NCBI GenBank assembly: GCA_965237805.1 | Contig: OZ250153.1 | Span: forward strand, 1,376,001 to 1,440,000 | Direction of reading: 5' to 3' | Source: Gammaproteobacteria bacterium | GTDB lineage: Bacteria > Pseudomonadota > Gammaproteobacteria > JABABF01 | DNA length: 64,000 nt | Shown here: positions 10,810 to 20,886 of the stretch, piece by piece | How the letters are laid out: the number at the start of each line of letters is the position of its first letter | How positions within the stretch are numbered: position 1 is the stretch's first letter | The notes under the pieces: generated by a model | Told to the model about the DNA's origin: nothing | Seen by the model: only the letters and a program-made list of their open reading frames with translations | The model's database searches: none | Program-made: the position numbers and the translations under genes

Positions 10810-10827
10810 CGCTTGGCAGAGTGCGGC

Positions 10828-11688
10828 TCAAGATTGATCGCGCAGCTGCTGCGCCAGCACTTCCAGCTGCGTCTCGATGCGCCCCAGCTGCTCTTGCATC
10901 ACGGCTGGCTGTGTGCTATCTGTCTGCGCTTCCTCTCGCTTGGCTGCCAGCTCCGCTCTGACTTGTGTCTGCTTTTCCTGCAACACTTGGACGATCACGC
11001 CGATCATCATATTGAAAAAGACAAAGGCGATCAGGAAGATAAAGCTGAGAAAATAAATCCAGCTGAGCGGGCTCAGCGGGTGGTGTTGCGACATGGCTGC
11101 GTGCATGATCCGCGCCCAGTTGTCGAAAGTGGCAATCTGGAAAAGGGTGAGCATGGCAGTGCCGACATCACGCCACGAGTCGGGGTCGGAATCTTTGAAG
11201 AACAAGTTGCCAAGGCAGCCGTAAATATAAAAAATAATAAACATCAGCAACGTCACATAGCCCATGCGCGGAATGGCCAGCAATAGTGCCTCCACCAGCA
11301 CCCGCAATTGCGGCACAAAGGACACCAGACGTAAGACACGGAACAGCCGCAGCAGGCGTCCCAGCAGGATGTGCTGGCTGTTGTCCAATGGAATCAGGCT
11401 GCCAACGACGATCAGCGTGTCGAAAACATTCCAGCCGTCACGGGAAAAAGCGCGCAGATTGGGGGCGGCTAAAAATCGCACTGCGATCTCGGTGACGAAA
11501 TAGAGGGTGATCGCGTAGTCGAGTATCAGCAAGACGGTGCGGGTCAGCGGGTGTAATGGATAGCTGCTAGCCCCGATGCTGAGTGCGGAGATGACGATGA
11601 CGACGGAGGTAAACCATTGGAAAGCGGGGTGATCATGTGCCTGCCTCAACCAGTCGCGCATCGTCTCCCAAGTGTTTGGCTCATTCAT
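10828..11688 (-). CDS. Voltage-gated ion channel (BacNav-like ion transporter)
   Basis: Six TM segments, WNVFD, S4 RLLRLFRVLRLV, pore TLFQIATFDNW, S6 FFNMMIGVIV, coiled-coil tail. Confidence 0.9.
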   Translation of the reverse strand: MNEPNTWETMRDWLRQAHDHPAFQWFTSVVIVISALSIGASSYPLHPLTRTVLLILDYAITLYFVTEIAVRFLAAPNLRAFSRDGWNVFDTLIVVGSLIPLDNSQHILLGRLLRLFRVLRLVSFVPQLRVLVEALLLAIPRMGYVTLLMFIIFYIYGCLGNLFFKDSDPDSWRDVGTAMLTLFQIATFDNWARIMHAAMSQHHPLSPLSWIYFLSFIFLIAFVFFNMMIGVIVQVLQEKQTQVRAELAAKREEAQTDSTQPAVMQEQLGRIETQLEVLAQQLRDQS

Positions 11689-11923
11689 GCTCGGACACCT
11701 AACGATCCTGAGGTCATCCAGTATATATAGCTCTATCCTTGTCCGCATCGCTACCGCTCCCGAGTTGCCGCGCCGGTCACAGCGGCCGGGCAAAGCGGCG
11801 ATGTCGTCATGCTAAAATGACCTTTTCACGTGTTCTCTTGCGATTTGGTGCCGCCTGTTGATCCATCACTTAGGGCGCATCGCCGCTAGCACAGCACCAA
11901 AGAGTCGCCCGCCAGCTCGACCG

Positions 11924-13084
11924 ATGACCAAGCCCGTCATGACCGCGATGGCGACTGTTGCCATCCTCGCCGCCTCCTTGCTCCCGACCGCGGTGTCGGC
12001 CGCTGACGGCCTGCAGCACGCCCAGCGCTGGCAGCTGAATATGCCCCGCGGCGTGACGACGCTCAGCCATACGGTCTACGAGCTGCACATGATCATTTTT
12101 TGGATCTGTGTGGCCATCGCCGTCTTGGTCTACGGCGTGATGTTCTACTCCATGGCCGTCCACCGCAAGTCGCTGGGGGCAGAGCCGGCCCAGTTCTCCC
12201 ACAACACCCATCTGGAGGTGTTCTGGACGGTGCTCGCCTCGCTGATTCTCGTGGCGATGGCGTGGCCAGCCACGGTGACGCTGATCAATATGTATGACCC
12301 CACCGACGCCGAAGTCGATATCTTGGTCACTGGCTACCAGTGGAAATGGAAGTATGAATATGTGCAGGAGGATGTCAGCTTTTTCAGCACCCTCGCGACA
12401 CCGGACGACGAGATCTACGGCGATGCGCCCAAAGGCGAGCATTATCTGCTGACGGTCGATAAGCCGCTGGTGATCCCGGTCGGTGTCAAGGTGCGTTTCT
12501 TGGTCACCGCCGCCGATGTGTTGCACTCTTGGTGGGTGCCGGATTTTGCGGTGAAGATGGATGCCATCCCCGGTTTCGTCAACGAGGCTTGGGCCTTCGT
12601 CGAGCGTGAGGGCGTCTATCGTGGGCAGTGCACCGAGCTGTGTGGGCGCCAGCACGGCTTTATGCCGATTGTCGTGCACGTCACCAGCCAAGAGCAATAC
12701 CGCAGCTGGCTCGCCGAGCGCCGCGCCGAGGCCGCCGCCGAGCGCGCCCTGCTGCACCAACAGATGGATCTTGCCCAGCTGATGGAGCGCGGTGAGCGGG
12801 TGTATCAGATCAACTGCTCCGCCTGCCACTTGGCCAATGGTGCCGGCCTGCCAGGGGCTTTCCCCGGGTTGCTGAAGGGCTCAGCCGCCACCGGTGCGCT
12901 GGAGCAGCATCTAGGCATTGTGCTCAATGGTGTGCCCGGCACGGCGATGGCGGCCTTCGGTGCCCAGCTGAGCGCTGCCGACTTGGCTGCGGTCATCACC
13001 TACGAGCGCAACGCTTGGGGCAATGACACCGGCGATTTGGTGCAGCCCATCGAGGTCGTGCACTATCAGCGCGGCGACAATTAG
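11924..13084 (+). CDS. coxB: Cytochrome c oxidase subunit II with C-terminal cytochrome c
   Basis: YQWKW, DVLHSW, CuA motif CTELCGRQHGFM, heme motif CSACH. Confidence 0.96.
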   Translation: MTKPVMTAMATVAILAASLLPTAVSAADGLQHAQRWQLNMPRGVTTLSHTVYELHMIIFWICVAIAVLVYGVMFYSMAVHRKSLGAEPAQFSHNTHLEVFWTVLASLILVAMAWPATVTLINMYDPTDAEVDILVTGYQWKWKYEYVQEDVSFFSTLATPDDEIYGDAPKGEHYLLTVDKPLVIPVGVKVRFLVTAADVLHSWWVPDFAVKMDAIPGFVNEAWAFVEREGVYRGQCTELCGRQHGFMPIVVHVTSQEQYRSWLAERRAEAAAERALLHQQMDLAQLMERGERVYQINCSACHLANGAGLPGAFPGLLKGSAATGALEQHLGIVLNGVPGTAMAAFGAQLSAADLAAVITYERNAWGNDTGDLVQPIEVVHYQRGDN

Positions 13085-13098
13085 GGGGATAGGAGAGC

Positions 13099-14676
13099 AT
13101 GAGCGCAGATCACCACCACGGTCCGGCCAGCGGCATCACGCGCTGGCTGTTCACCACCAACCACAAGGACATCGGCACGCTCTACCTGTTCTTCGCCATG
13201 CTGCTGGCCTTCATTGGCGGCTCGATGGCGATGCTGATACGCGCCGAGCTATTCGAGCCTGGCCTGCAACTAGTGCAGCCAAACTTCTTCAATCAGATGA
13301 CGACGATGCACGGGCTGATCATGATCTTCGGCTTCGTCATGCCCGCCTTCGTCGGCTTCGCCAATTGGCAGATTCCGATGATGATCGGCGCACCGGATAT
13401 GGCCTTGCCCCGGCTCAACAATTGGAGTTTTTGGATCCTGCCCTTCGCCTTCACCATCTTGCTGAGCACGATGTTCATGGAAGGCGGCGGGCCGAACTTC
13501 GGTTGGACCTTCTACGCTCCGCTATCGACCACCTACGCCCCGCCCAGCGTCACCTATTTCATCTTCGCCGTGCACATGCTCGGGGTGTCGTCGATTCTGG
13601 GGTCGATCAACATCATCGCCACCATCATGAACCTGCGCGCGCCGGGCATGGGCTATATGAAGATGCCGCTGTTCGTGTGGACTTGGTTCATCACCGCCTT
13701 CCTGTTGCTGCTGGTGATGCCAGTGCTGGCCGGGGCCGTGACGATGATGCTGATGGACATCCACTTCGGCACCAGCTTCTTCCAAGCGGCTGGCGGCGGC
13801 GACCCGGTGCTGTTCCAGCATGTGTTCTGGTTCTTCGGCCACCCTGAGGTCTACATCATCATTCTGCCAGCCTTCGGCATTGTCTCGCAGGTGATCCCGG
13901 CCTTCTCCCGCAAGCCGTTGTTCGGCTACACCTCGATGGTCTACGCCACCGCCGCCATCGCCATCATGTCCACCGTGGTGTGGGCGCACCACATGTTCAC
14001 CGTCGGCATGCCGCTGGTCGGGGAGCTGTTCTTCATGTATACGACGATGCTGATCGCCGTGCCCACCGGGGTCAAGGTGTTCAACTGGGTGGCGACGATG
14101 TGGCGCGGGGCGATGACCTTCGAGACGCCGATGCTGTTCGCCATCGCCTTTGTGGTGTTGTTCTCCATCGGCGGATTCTCCGGGCTGATGATGGCCATCG
14201 CCCCCGCTGACTTCCAGTACCACGACACCTATTTCATCGTCGCTCACTTCCACTATGTCTTGGTGCCGGGCGCGGTGTTCGGTGTCTTCGCTGGCATCTA
14301 CTACTGGCTGCCGAAGTGGACTGGCCGCATGTACGACGAAAGCTTGGGGCAGCTGCACTTCTGGCTCACCTTCATCGGTGCCAATGTGACCTTCTTCCCG
14401 CAGCACTTCGTCGGCTTGGCCGGGATGCCTCGGCGTATTCCGGACTACGCTCTGCAGTTTGCCGACTTCAACGCCATCTCCTCGGTCGGTGCTTTCCTGT
14501 TTGGGGCCTCGCAGCTGGTGTTTCTCGTCGTCTTGGTGCGTGTCTTGTGGGCGAAGGCCGCCGATGAAGGTGTCGCTGTCGGTGACAACGCGTGGGAAGG
14601 AGCCACTGGCCTCGAGTGGGAGCTGCCCTCGCCGCCGCCGTACCACAGCTTCACGACGCCGCCGGTAGTGCGCTGA
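13099..14676 (+). CDS. coxA: Cytochrome c oxidase subunit I
   Basis: TTNHKDIG, WFFGHPEVY, WAHHM, AHFHY. Confidence 0.98.
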   Translation: MSADHHHGPASGITRWLFTTNHKDIGTLYLFFAMLLAFIGGSMAMLIRAELFEPGLQLVQPNFFNQMTTMHGLIMIFGFVMPAFVGFANWQIPMMIGAPDMALPRLNNWSFWILPFAFTILLSTMFMEGGGPNFGWTFYAPLSTTYAPPSVTYFIFAVHMLGVSSILGSINIIATIMNLRAPGMGYMKMPLFVWTWFITAFLLLLVMPVLAGAVTMMLMDIHFGTSFFQAAGGGDPVLFQHVFWFFGHPEVYIIILPAFGIVSQVIPAFSRKPLFGYTSMVYATAAIAIMSTVVWAHHMFTVGMPLVGELFFMYTTMLIAVPTGVKVFNWVATMWRGAMTFETPMLFAIAFVVLFSIGGFSGLMMAIAPADFQYHDTYFIVAHFHYVLVPGAVFGVFAGIYYWLPKWTGRMYDESLGQLHFWLTFIGANVTFFPQHFVGLAGMPRRIPDYALQFADFNAISSVGAFLFGASQLVFLVVLVRVLWAKAADEGVAVGDNAWEGATGLEWELPSPPPYHSFTTPPVVR

Positions 14677-14692
14677 GTTGAGGAGGCATGCG

Positions 14693-15325
14693 ATGGCGGA
14701 CGGGATCGATAGCGGGGGGCAGAGTGCGGCGGAGCGCCAGCTCGGCGTGCGCCGCACGGTGCGACGCTTGGCGGTCGGCACGGTGCTGATGTTCGGTTTC
14801 GGTTTTGCGCTGGTGCCGCTGTACGAGGTGTTCTGTGAAGTGACCGGACTCAATGGCAAGACCAGTGACAGCCCGGCGGTCTACCGCACGGCGGGCGCGG
14901 GCGTGGCCGTGGCCGTGGAGCGCGAGGTGCGGGTGCAGTTCCTCGCCGTCAACAACGGTTCGATGCCGTGGCAATTCCGGGCGCCGGCGGAGTCGGAGCT
15001 GCGCATCGCGCCCGGTGCCGCGCCAGTGCATTTGAGCTACTACGCGCGCAACGACACCGACCGCGACATGGTGGCCCAAGCAGTGCCCAGCGTGTCGCCG
15101 GGGCGCGCCGCCAAGCACTTGCGCAAGATCGAGTGCTTTTGCTTCGAGCGCCAGCCGCTGGCGGCGGGCGAGGAGGCCGAGTTGTCACTGCGTTTCTACT
15201 TGGATGCCGATTTTCCTGCGGATATCGGCACTGTCACGCTGTCCTATACCCTGTTTGATGTCAGCGAGCTGGCGGCGGCCGAGACGGTGGCCACAGTGGG
15301 GCGCCTCAGTGCCCAGGGAGGTTGA
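14693..15325 (+). CDS. ctaG: Cytochrome c oxidase assembly protein CtaG/Cox11
   Basis: VPLYEVFCEVTG, KIECFCF, TLSYT. Confidence 0.93.
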   Translation: MADGIDSGGQSAAERQLGVRRTVRRLAVGTVLMFGFGFALVPLYEVFCEVTGLNGKTSDSPAVYRTAGAGVAVAVEREVRVQFLAVNNGSMPWQFRAPAESELRIAPGAAPVHLSYYARNDTDRDMVAQAVPSVSPGRAAKHLRKIECFCFERQPLAAGEEAELSLRFYLDADFPADIGTVTLSYTLFDVSELAAAETVATVGRLSAQGG

Positions 15326-15327
15326 GC

Positions 15328-16332
15328 ATGGCGGCTGAGCAGATGGCGGGGCAGGCTGTCGGGGCGGCGGCGGGGGGCGTGCAAGTGCCGCCTTTCCCCT
15401 CCTATCATGTGCCGGCCAACAGTTGGCGACCGGTCGCCGCCTCGGTCGCGCTGTTCCTGATGATGCTCGGGGCTGGCACCATGCTGAACCAGCTCCGCGC
15501 CGGCGAGCCCGCCGATGCCAAGTGGCTGCTAATGCTCGGTTTCGGCGGCTTGGTACTCGTGCTGTTTGGCTGGTTCGCCACCACCATCAGCGAGCACTTG
15601 GCGGGCATGAACAGCGCCCGGTTGCAGACCTCCTATGTCTACGCCATGTGTTGGTTCATCTTCACCGAGGTGATGTTTTTCGCCGTCTTCTTCGGCGCAT
15701 TGTTCTATCTGCGCGTTTTGGTAGTGCCGTGGTTGGGTGGCGAGGGGGACAAGGGTATCAGCAACATGCTGTGGCAGGGCTTCGAGGCCACTTGGCCGCT
15801 GATGGAGACACCGCAGCAGGCAGTGGGGGGAGCCACATCGCAGCTCATCGCCAACAACGGCGTTTTCTCTGGGCCTCATCAGAATATGTCTTTCCCGGGA
15901 TGGGGCAATCTTTTGCACTGGCTGCCACTGTGGAACACGATCTTGCTGTTGTCGTCCAGCGTCACCGTACACATCGCGCATTTGGGGCTAAAGGCTGGCA
16001 ATCGGCTTCAGCTGGCGGTGTGGTTGGGCATCACCGTGGCGCTGGGGGCCTCCTTCCTCGTCCTGCAGTATTTGGAGTACCACGAAGCCTATGTCGAATA
16101 TGGCTTGACCCTGAACTCAGGGGTGTATGGCACCACCTTCTTCATGCTGACCGGCTTCCACGGCTTCCATGTCTTGTTGGGGGCGACGATGCTACTGATC
16201 ATGTGGCTGCGCGCCCAGCTGGCCGGGCATTTCAAACCAGCGGATCATTTCGGCTTTGAGGCCGCCTCGTGGTACTGGCACTTCGTCGATGTGGTGTGGG
16301 TCTGCCTGTTCTTGTTTGTTTATATTTTGTGA
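15328..16332 (+). CDS. coxC: Cytochrome c oxidase subunit III
   Basis: FIFTEVMFF, FFMLTGFHGFHV, WYWHFVDVVW. Confidence 0.96.
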   Translation: MAAEQMAGQAVGAAAGGVQVPPFPSYHVPANSWRPVAASVALFLMMLGAGTMLNQLRAGEPADAKWLLMLGFGGLVLVLFGWFATTISEHLAGMNSARLQTSYVYAMCWFIFTEVMFFAVFFGALFYLRVLVVPWLGGEGDKGISNMLWQGFEATWPLMETPQQAVGGATSQLIANNGVFSGPHQNMSFPGWGNLLHWLPLWNTILLLSSSVTVHIAHLGLKAGNRLQLAVWLGITVALGASFLVLQYLEYHEAYVEYGLTLNSGVYGTTFFMLTGFHGFHVLLGATMLLIMWLRAQLAGHFKPADHFGFEAASWYWHFVDVVWVCLFLFVYIL

Positions 16333-16460
16333 GGGAGGGGGGACGAGACGGTCACAAAAGAGATTGCACCTAAAACAGTGCGTTGCTATCCAGCTTGCGG
16401 GATAGCGACACGAAGGATATAATTCCCCTACATTCATAGAATTTATAGAGGAGATTTGCC

Positions 16461-17315
16461 GTGACAGCCATTCCGAAAGCCACCACTAAGAGGCTTATCG
16501 CTACTGTTCCAAAGTTTAAGAAAGTGCTTGAATCTGCGCGTACACGCGATGTAAATGAGTCCGACACTGTCACCATTGTGACGGATATTTTGGACGAAGT
16601 ATTTGGATTTGATAAATACAGCGACATTACCCGTGAGTATGCTATCAATGGCACATACTGCGACTTGGCCATCAAGGCTGACAACAAAATCCAATATCTT
16701 ATCGAAGTTAAAGCGATCGGCCGTTCCTTGCGGAGCAACCATGTGCGGCAACTCGTCACTTATGCGGCTCGGGATGGGGTGAAATGGGTAGTGTTAACCA
16801 ATGGGGTAACGTGGGCAATATACCGTGTCACATTAGAGGAGAAGATTGAAAGCACAAAGCTCGTTGATTTCAACTTTACCGCCTTGAATGCCCAAAGTAA
16901 AAACGATCAGGAATTACTGTTCTTATTGTGTAAGCGCGGGGTTAAAAAAGAAATGATTGAGGAATTTTATAAGTATCGACAAGCTGTCAATTCCTATTCT
17001 ATAGGGGCAGTTATTTTGAGCAAACCCGTGATCTCTGCGATACGCCGTGAGCTCCGGGGAATGAAAGCAGGGCTTAAAGTATCCGAAGAAAACATAAAAG
17101 AACTAGTAGAAACTGAGGTGCTGAAGCGAGAATTAGTTGAAAGCGATGAAGCTGCAGAGGCACATAAGATGGTGAAAGCTGCATCCAGCAAGCGTCGTTC
17201 AACAACCCGTTCGACCAAAAAGCTAGTGGCAACTAAAGCGCAAGCGGATGTGGTTGGCGAGGTGCAAGCAGATGTAGTGGGTGCAGTGCCAGTGGATGAT
17301 GAGCCCTTGTGGTGA
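16461..17315 (+). CDS. Stand-alone type I restriction enzyme HsdR N-terminal-like (PD-(D/E)xK) nuclease-domain protein
   Basis: NESDT, EY....YCDLAI, IEVKA, QL..YA, VLTNG..W; AT-rich; no hsdM or hsdS nearby. Confidence 0.7.
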   Translation: MTAIPKATTKRLIATVPKFKKVLESARTRDVNESDTVTIVTDILDEVFGFDKYSDITREYAINGTYCDLAIKADNKIQYLIEVKAIGRSLRSNHVRQLVTYAARDGVKWVVLTNGVTWAIYRVTLEEKIESTKLVDFNFTALNAQSKNDQELLFLLCKRGVKKEMIEEFYKYRQAVNSYSIGAVILSKPVISAIRRELRGMKAGLKVSEENIKELVETEVLKRELVESDEAAEAHKMVKAASSKRRSTTRSTKKLVATKAQADVVGEVQADVVGAVPVDDEPLW

Positions 17316-17403
17316 GTGAGGTGCAATAGGGGAGCAGGGACATGGTCGCGGTCGACTAAATTGCGGTTGCCCCCAGTGCCTCTTGGTATTTGACCTGTTT
17401 TCC

Positions 17404-17481
17404 TTATTTTCCCTGCAGCTCGTGGCGCTCAGTTCCCCGCCGCTCATCCCATGGTGCCCGCGAACCCAGTTGTCCGGTATA
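17404..17481 (-). pseudogene. 3' fragment of DUF2909 gene
   Basis: Near-identical to 25389-25466 (tattttccctgcagctcg...gaacccag.tgtccggtata). Confidence 0.85.
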
Positions 17482-17504
17482 GCGCTGGGGCAATGCGCCC
17501 CGAT

Positions 17505-17658
17505 GGCTCGGGATCTCGCGCACAAGCCCGGTTGCCGCCATCGCGCTGTGTCGGCAGAGGCGCGGGCCAGCCATCGGATCAAATCGAAAACCCGCTCGCA
17601 GGTGGCGCGGCTATGCCATGTGATGAAGCGGCCATTCGGCGCAAGATTTGTGGCTTGA
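17505..17658 (+). mobile_element. Degenerate IS5-family transposase C-terminal remnant
   Basis: HRAVSAEARASHRIKSKTRSQVARLCHVMKRPFG resembles the IS5 C-terminal NR.KSK.R..VEH.F..K..FG motif. Confidence 0.5.
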
Positions 17659-17834
17659 CTTGGCAGTCTCGTTGATGGGGGGCGATGCGGTGTCGGATCT
17701 GCAGGATGCTGCTGGTATACTTTCAGTGTTTCGGTGTTTTGGACACGGCTCCTATGGGCTCGGTGGCCTATGCCGCCTTGGCAGAGGCGGCAGATCGGGT
17801 GCGGGCGTTAGAGTGTCTTGGATAGGGATGTGGC

Positions 17835-18557
17835 ATGGCAACAGCTGGGCAATTTGGGGTGATCATCACCGCTGTGGACGAAACGTGGTCGCTGTCTGAG
17901 ACGATCCAGCGCTTGCTGGCTGACAACGCCAGCGATATTGTCGACATAGTCGTGGCGACTGCGCCGCAAGCGACGCCGGAGTGCTTGGCCGTTGTTGCGG
18001 AGCTGGTGGCGCAGCACCCAGCCTGTGTGCGCTGGCACGAGCAGGCTCGCCTGCCGGGTGTGGGTGGCGCCATACAGGAATGCGTCGGGCTGGTGCGCGG
18101 AGATTGGGTGGTGCTGATGTCGAGTGATTTAGAAACCCCACCTGCGGTGGTGCGGGAGATGATTGCACGCGCACGGCGTGGCGATGTCGACATAGTCGCC
18201 ACCTCACGGTGGATGGACGGTGGTGGCTTCGGCGACTATTCCCGAGTTAAACTGCTATGCAATTGGCTGTTCCAAAAGTTCTTCTCGTTGCTGTACCGTA
18301 CGCAGCTCACCGATATGACTTATGGTTTTCGAGCCTATCGCACACAGCTATTGCGAGACTACCGTTGGCGCGAGACGGGGCATGCTTATTTCTTGGAAGC
18401 GTTGGTTGTGCCGCTACGCGACGAGCAGCGGGTGGTCGAGATTCCCGCTGAGTGGCAACGGCGGCGCGAGGGAACCAGTCATATCCGCTTGCGTGATTTC
18501 TTGCGTTACTTTTACATTGGCCTCTGCGTGTGGTTCAGGCCGAGAAAAAAACACTGA
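17835..18557 (+). CDS. Glycosyltransferase family 2 (polyprenol-phosphate glycosyltransferase-like)
   Basis: DIVATSRW..GG, TDMTYGFRAY, EIPAEW..RREGTS; DxD position reads SDL. Confidence 0.85.
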   Translation: MATAGQFGVIITAVDETWSLSETIQRLLADNASDIVDIVVATAPQATPECLAVVAELVAQHPACVRWHEQARLPGVGGAIQECVGLVRGDWVVLMSSDLETPPAVVREMIARARRGDVDIVATSRWMDGGGFGDYSRVKLLCNWLFQKFFSLLYRTQLTDMTYGFRAYRTQLLRDYRWRETGHAYFLEALVVPLRDEQRVVEIPAEWQRRREGTSHIRLRDFLRYFYIGLCVWFRPRKKH

Positions 18558-18587
18558 AAAATATATGCCTAGGAGCGAACTCTGGGC

Positions 18588-18989
18588 ACAGCGCTCGCGC
18601 GAGAGGTATTGCCAGCATATTTCCTGAGCCCGGATGTCGGGCGTTACGACGATATTTTCGCCAGCTTCATCGTCAAGCGCATAGCAGACCATTTGGGTCA
18701 TGGCATGGCCTTTGGCAAGCCCGTGGTCAGGCAGGATAGGAACGAGCACGATTTGTCCCATGATTTTGCTGAGGAACGCTTGGGCATGCGCCTGACAGAT
18801 GTGTTCATCACTGCATTAGAGCAGTCGCAACTGTGTGCGGGAAACTATGCCGATTGCGTGTTGGAGTTGGCTCCACAAGTTGAGGAGCGGTTGCGAGAGA
18901 GCCCGTTGCCTTCGGCACAGGATCGTGCGGATTTGTCGGCATTCTTCTCTGCTTATCGGCAGTGGGCACAGTTGTCATTGTGGCAGTAG
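18588..18989 (+). pseudogene. C-terminal fragment of an RGP/GT75-like (reversibly glycosylated polypeptide-type) protein
   Basis: TALAREVLPAYF...GRYDDIFAS..VKRIADHLG...FG.P.V.Q.RN.HD; N-terminal half missing. Confidence 0.55.
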
Positions 18990-19280
18990 AGGCAATGTGA
19001 TGAGCCATTGGCCGAAGCCACGGATAGCCGCTCTTTGCCCGTAGAGAATGCCAGTGCCGCTGGGTGGCAGGGTGGGGTTAATACACTGCCGTTGGTGGGG
19101 CGATGGCCACTGTTTCTTGGCAGATCTTGCTGGTTCCGGCCGGATTGGTCTTGGGTGGTTTTGCTGTGCGAGCCGTGCGCTGGTGCCTGCTTGCCGCTGC
19201 CAGAGGCGCCCTGTAGAATGGCAGCGGCAGCGTGATAGTTGCCCACTATGCACAGCGGTCATTGCCGAAGAGGCTCCATC

Positions 19281-20480
19281 ATGCAACGACAACTAGACGC
19301 TCCACAGCACATTGTGTTGATCACCATCGCACTGGGCTTGGGATTGGTGCTGTTAAGCCAAATGCTGGTTAATGAACCTTGGTTTCCCATTTATCGCATG
19401 CCGCTTGCCACCGACTACTTTGTCTTGTGGTCCGCCTCACAGAATTTTGTGGCAGGACATAACCTCTACCAAGATATCCTCTACGTTTTTCCGCCAATCC
19501 CAGCTATGCTCAATAGCCCGTTGCTCTATTTTTCCACAGACATGGCAGTGTTGCACTGGGCGCTGGCATGTGGCGTATTTATCTCCATCGTGCTCTCAAT
19601 GTCATTGCTGTATCACACTTTTTTTCCTGGCAATTGGCGCAGTGATGTGGCTTTCCTCGTCGTTGCCAGCAGCATCGCCGCGCTCAGCTATCCAGTGTAT
19701 TTTCTGGTCAGCCGAGTGAATATTGATGGCGGAGTATTGTTGCTGCTCTGCATCGGGCTCTATATGTTGGCAAGGCACGAGCGCATTGCCGGTGTGTTCT
19801 TTGCCTTGGCGATTGCCTGCAAGATATACCCTATACTCATCGTGTTGCCGCTAGTCGCACAACGGCGATGGCAGGCATTGGCGGCGCTGGGATTGACCAT
19901 GGCATTGCTGGTGCTAGTGGCCCCAGGGTTGTGGCTGGAATTTCTGCAGGAACGAATCTGGCACAGAGCCGCGTCGCCCGGCTTTTACTACTCCGGCAGC
20001 CTAGCAGCCAATTTTGGGCGTTTGAGCCGATTTTTGGGTGGGGAGAGCTACTTCTGGAGCCAAGTGGGCCACTTGGTCTGGCTGACGCTGCTGAGCACTT
20101 GTTGGGGATTGGATTGGGTCAGCGGGAAAAGATCTGACAGCCGCGATGCATGCGCCCAAGCCACCCTTTACCTGCCATTCATGGTGGCAGTGCCCCAAGT
20201 GGCCTACCACTACGAATTGGTTTGTGTGCTACCCATGTTGGCGATGCTTTCGTGGCGATGGCAACATAGCGCATCGCCACTGGAAACAGCATGGTTGACT
20301 ACTATTGCGCTGGGGCTAGCCATCAGTCAATTCCAAGCGCATAGCGCCGTAAGCAAAATTAGCTCGGGAATCCCCGGATTAGGGCTGTTCATTATCCTGC
20401 TTGGGGTCACCGCATACCAAGTGGTGCGGTTCAAAGCGGCGCAGCGGCAACGGCAACCCAGTGTCGCGGTCGCGCCATGA
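19281..20480 (+). CDS. GT87/DUF2029 family GT-C glycosyltransferase, copy 1
   Basis: TDY..LW, YVFPP, NID, K.YP; many TM segments. Confidence 0.75.
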   Translation: MQRQLDAPQHIVLITIALGLGLVLLSQMLVNEPWFPIYRMPLATDYFVLWSASQNFVAGHNLYQDILYVFPPIPAMLNSPLLYFSTDMAVLHWALACGVFISIVLSMSLLYHTFFPGNWRSDVAFLVVASSIAALSYPVYFLVSRVNIDGGVLLLLCIGLYMLARHERIAGVFFALAIACKIYPILIVLPLVAQRRWQALAALGLTMALLVLVAPGLWLEFLQERIWHRAASPGFYYSGSLAANFGRLSRFLGGESYFWSQVGHLVWLTLLSTCWGLDWVSGKRSDSRDACAQATLYLPFMVAVPQVAYHYELVCVLPMLAMLSWRWQHSASPLETAWLTTIALGLAISQFQAHSAVSKISSGIPGLGLFIILLGVTAYQVVRFKAAQRQRQPSVAVAP

Positions 20481-20618
20481 TCGATTGGGAGACACCAACG
20501 GCAATATGGCGGTGATGCCGCAATAGCCGCCACCACGCCACATCGCCATTGCCACAGTAGCACCATAATGCAGCCACATCTCGACACTCCCCAGCACATC
20601 GTGTTGACCACAATGGTG

Positions 20619-20727
20619 TGACGGTGCGGCGTGTGCTGCCCCGGTCACGCAACAGGAATACCAATCCACTGATCAGGCTGGCCAGCAGCGCCAGCAGCAA
20701 GATGACGATGGCGGGGCGTAGCCACAT
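20619..20727 (-). pseudogene. 5' fragment of DUF2909 gene
   Basis: Encodes MWLRPAIVILLLALLASLISGLVFLLRDRGSTRRTV, then truncated. Confidence 0.85.
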
Positions 20728-20822
20728 GGGCGGCGGGCATCGGCGGTGCGAGGGAAGCAACATATATCCACCATGGGTTTCCGAGTCTGAACGTGCCTCG
20801 AGTATCAGTACAAGTGGCAGCG

Positions 20823-20854
20823 TGATAGTTGCCCACTATGATAGTTGCCCACTA
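20823..20854 (+). repeat. 16-bp tandem repeat tgatagttgcccacta, two units
   Basis: Two units upstream of GT87 copy 2; one unit at the equivalent position of copy 1 (19233). Confidence 0.9.
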
Positions 20855-20886
20855 TGCACAGCGGTCATTGCCGAAGAGGCTCCATC

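Noticed and set aside
18990-19225. Possible additional gene remnant between the RGP-like fragment and GT87
   Set aside because: A short hydrophobic stretch is present in one frame, but I could not recognise a family.
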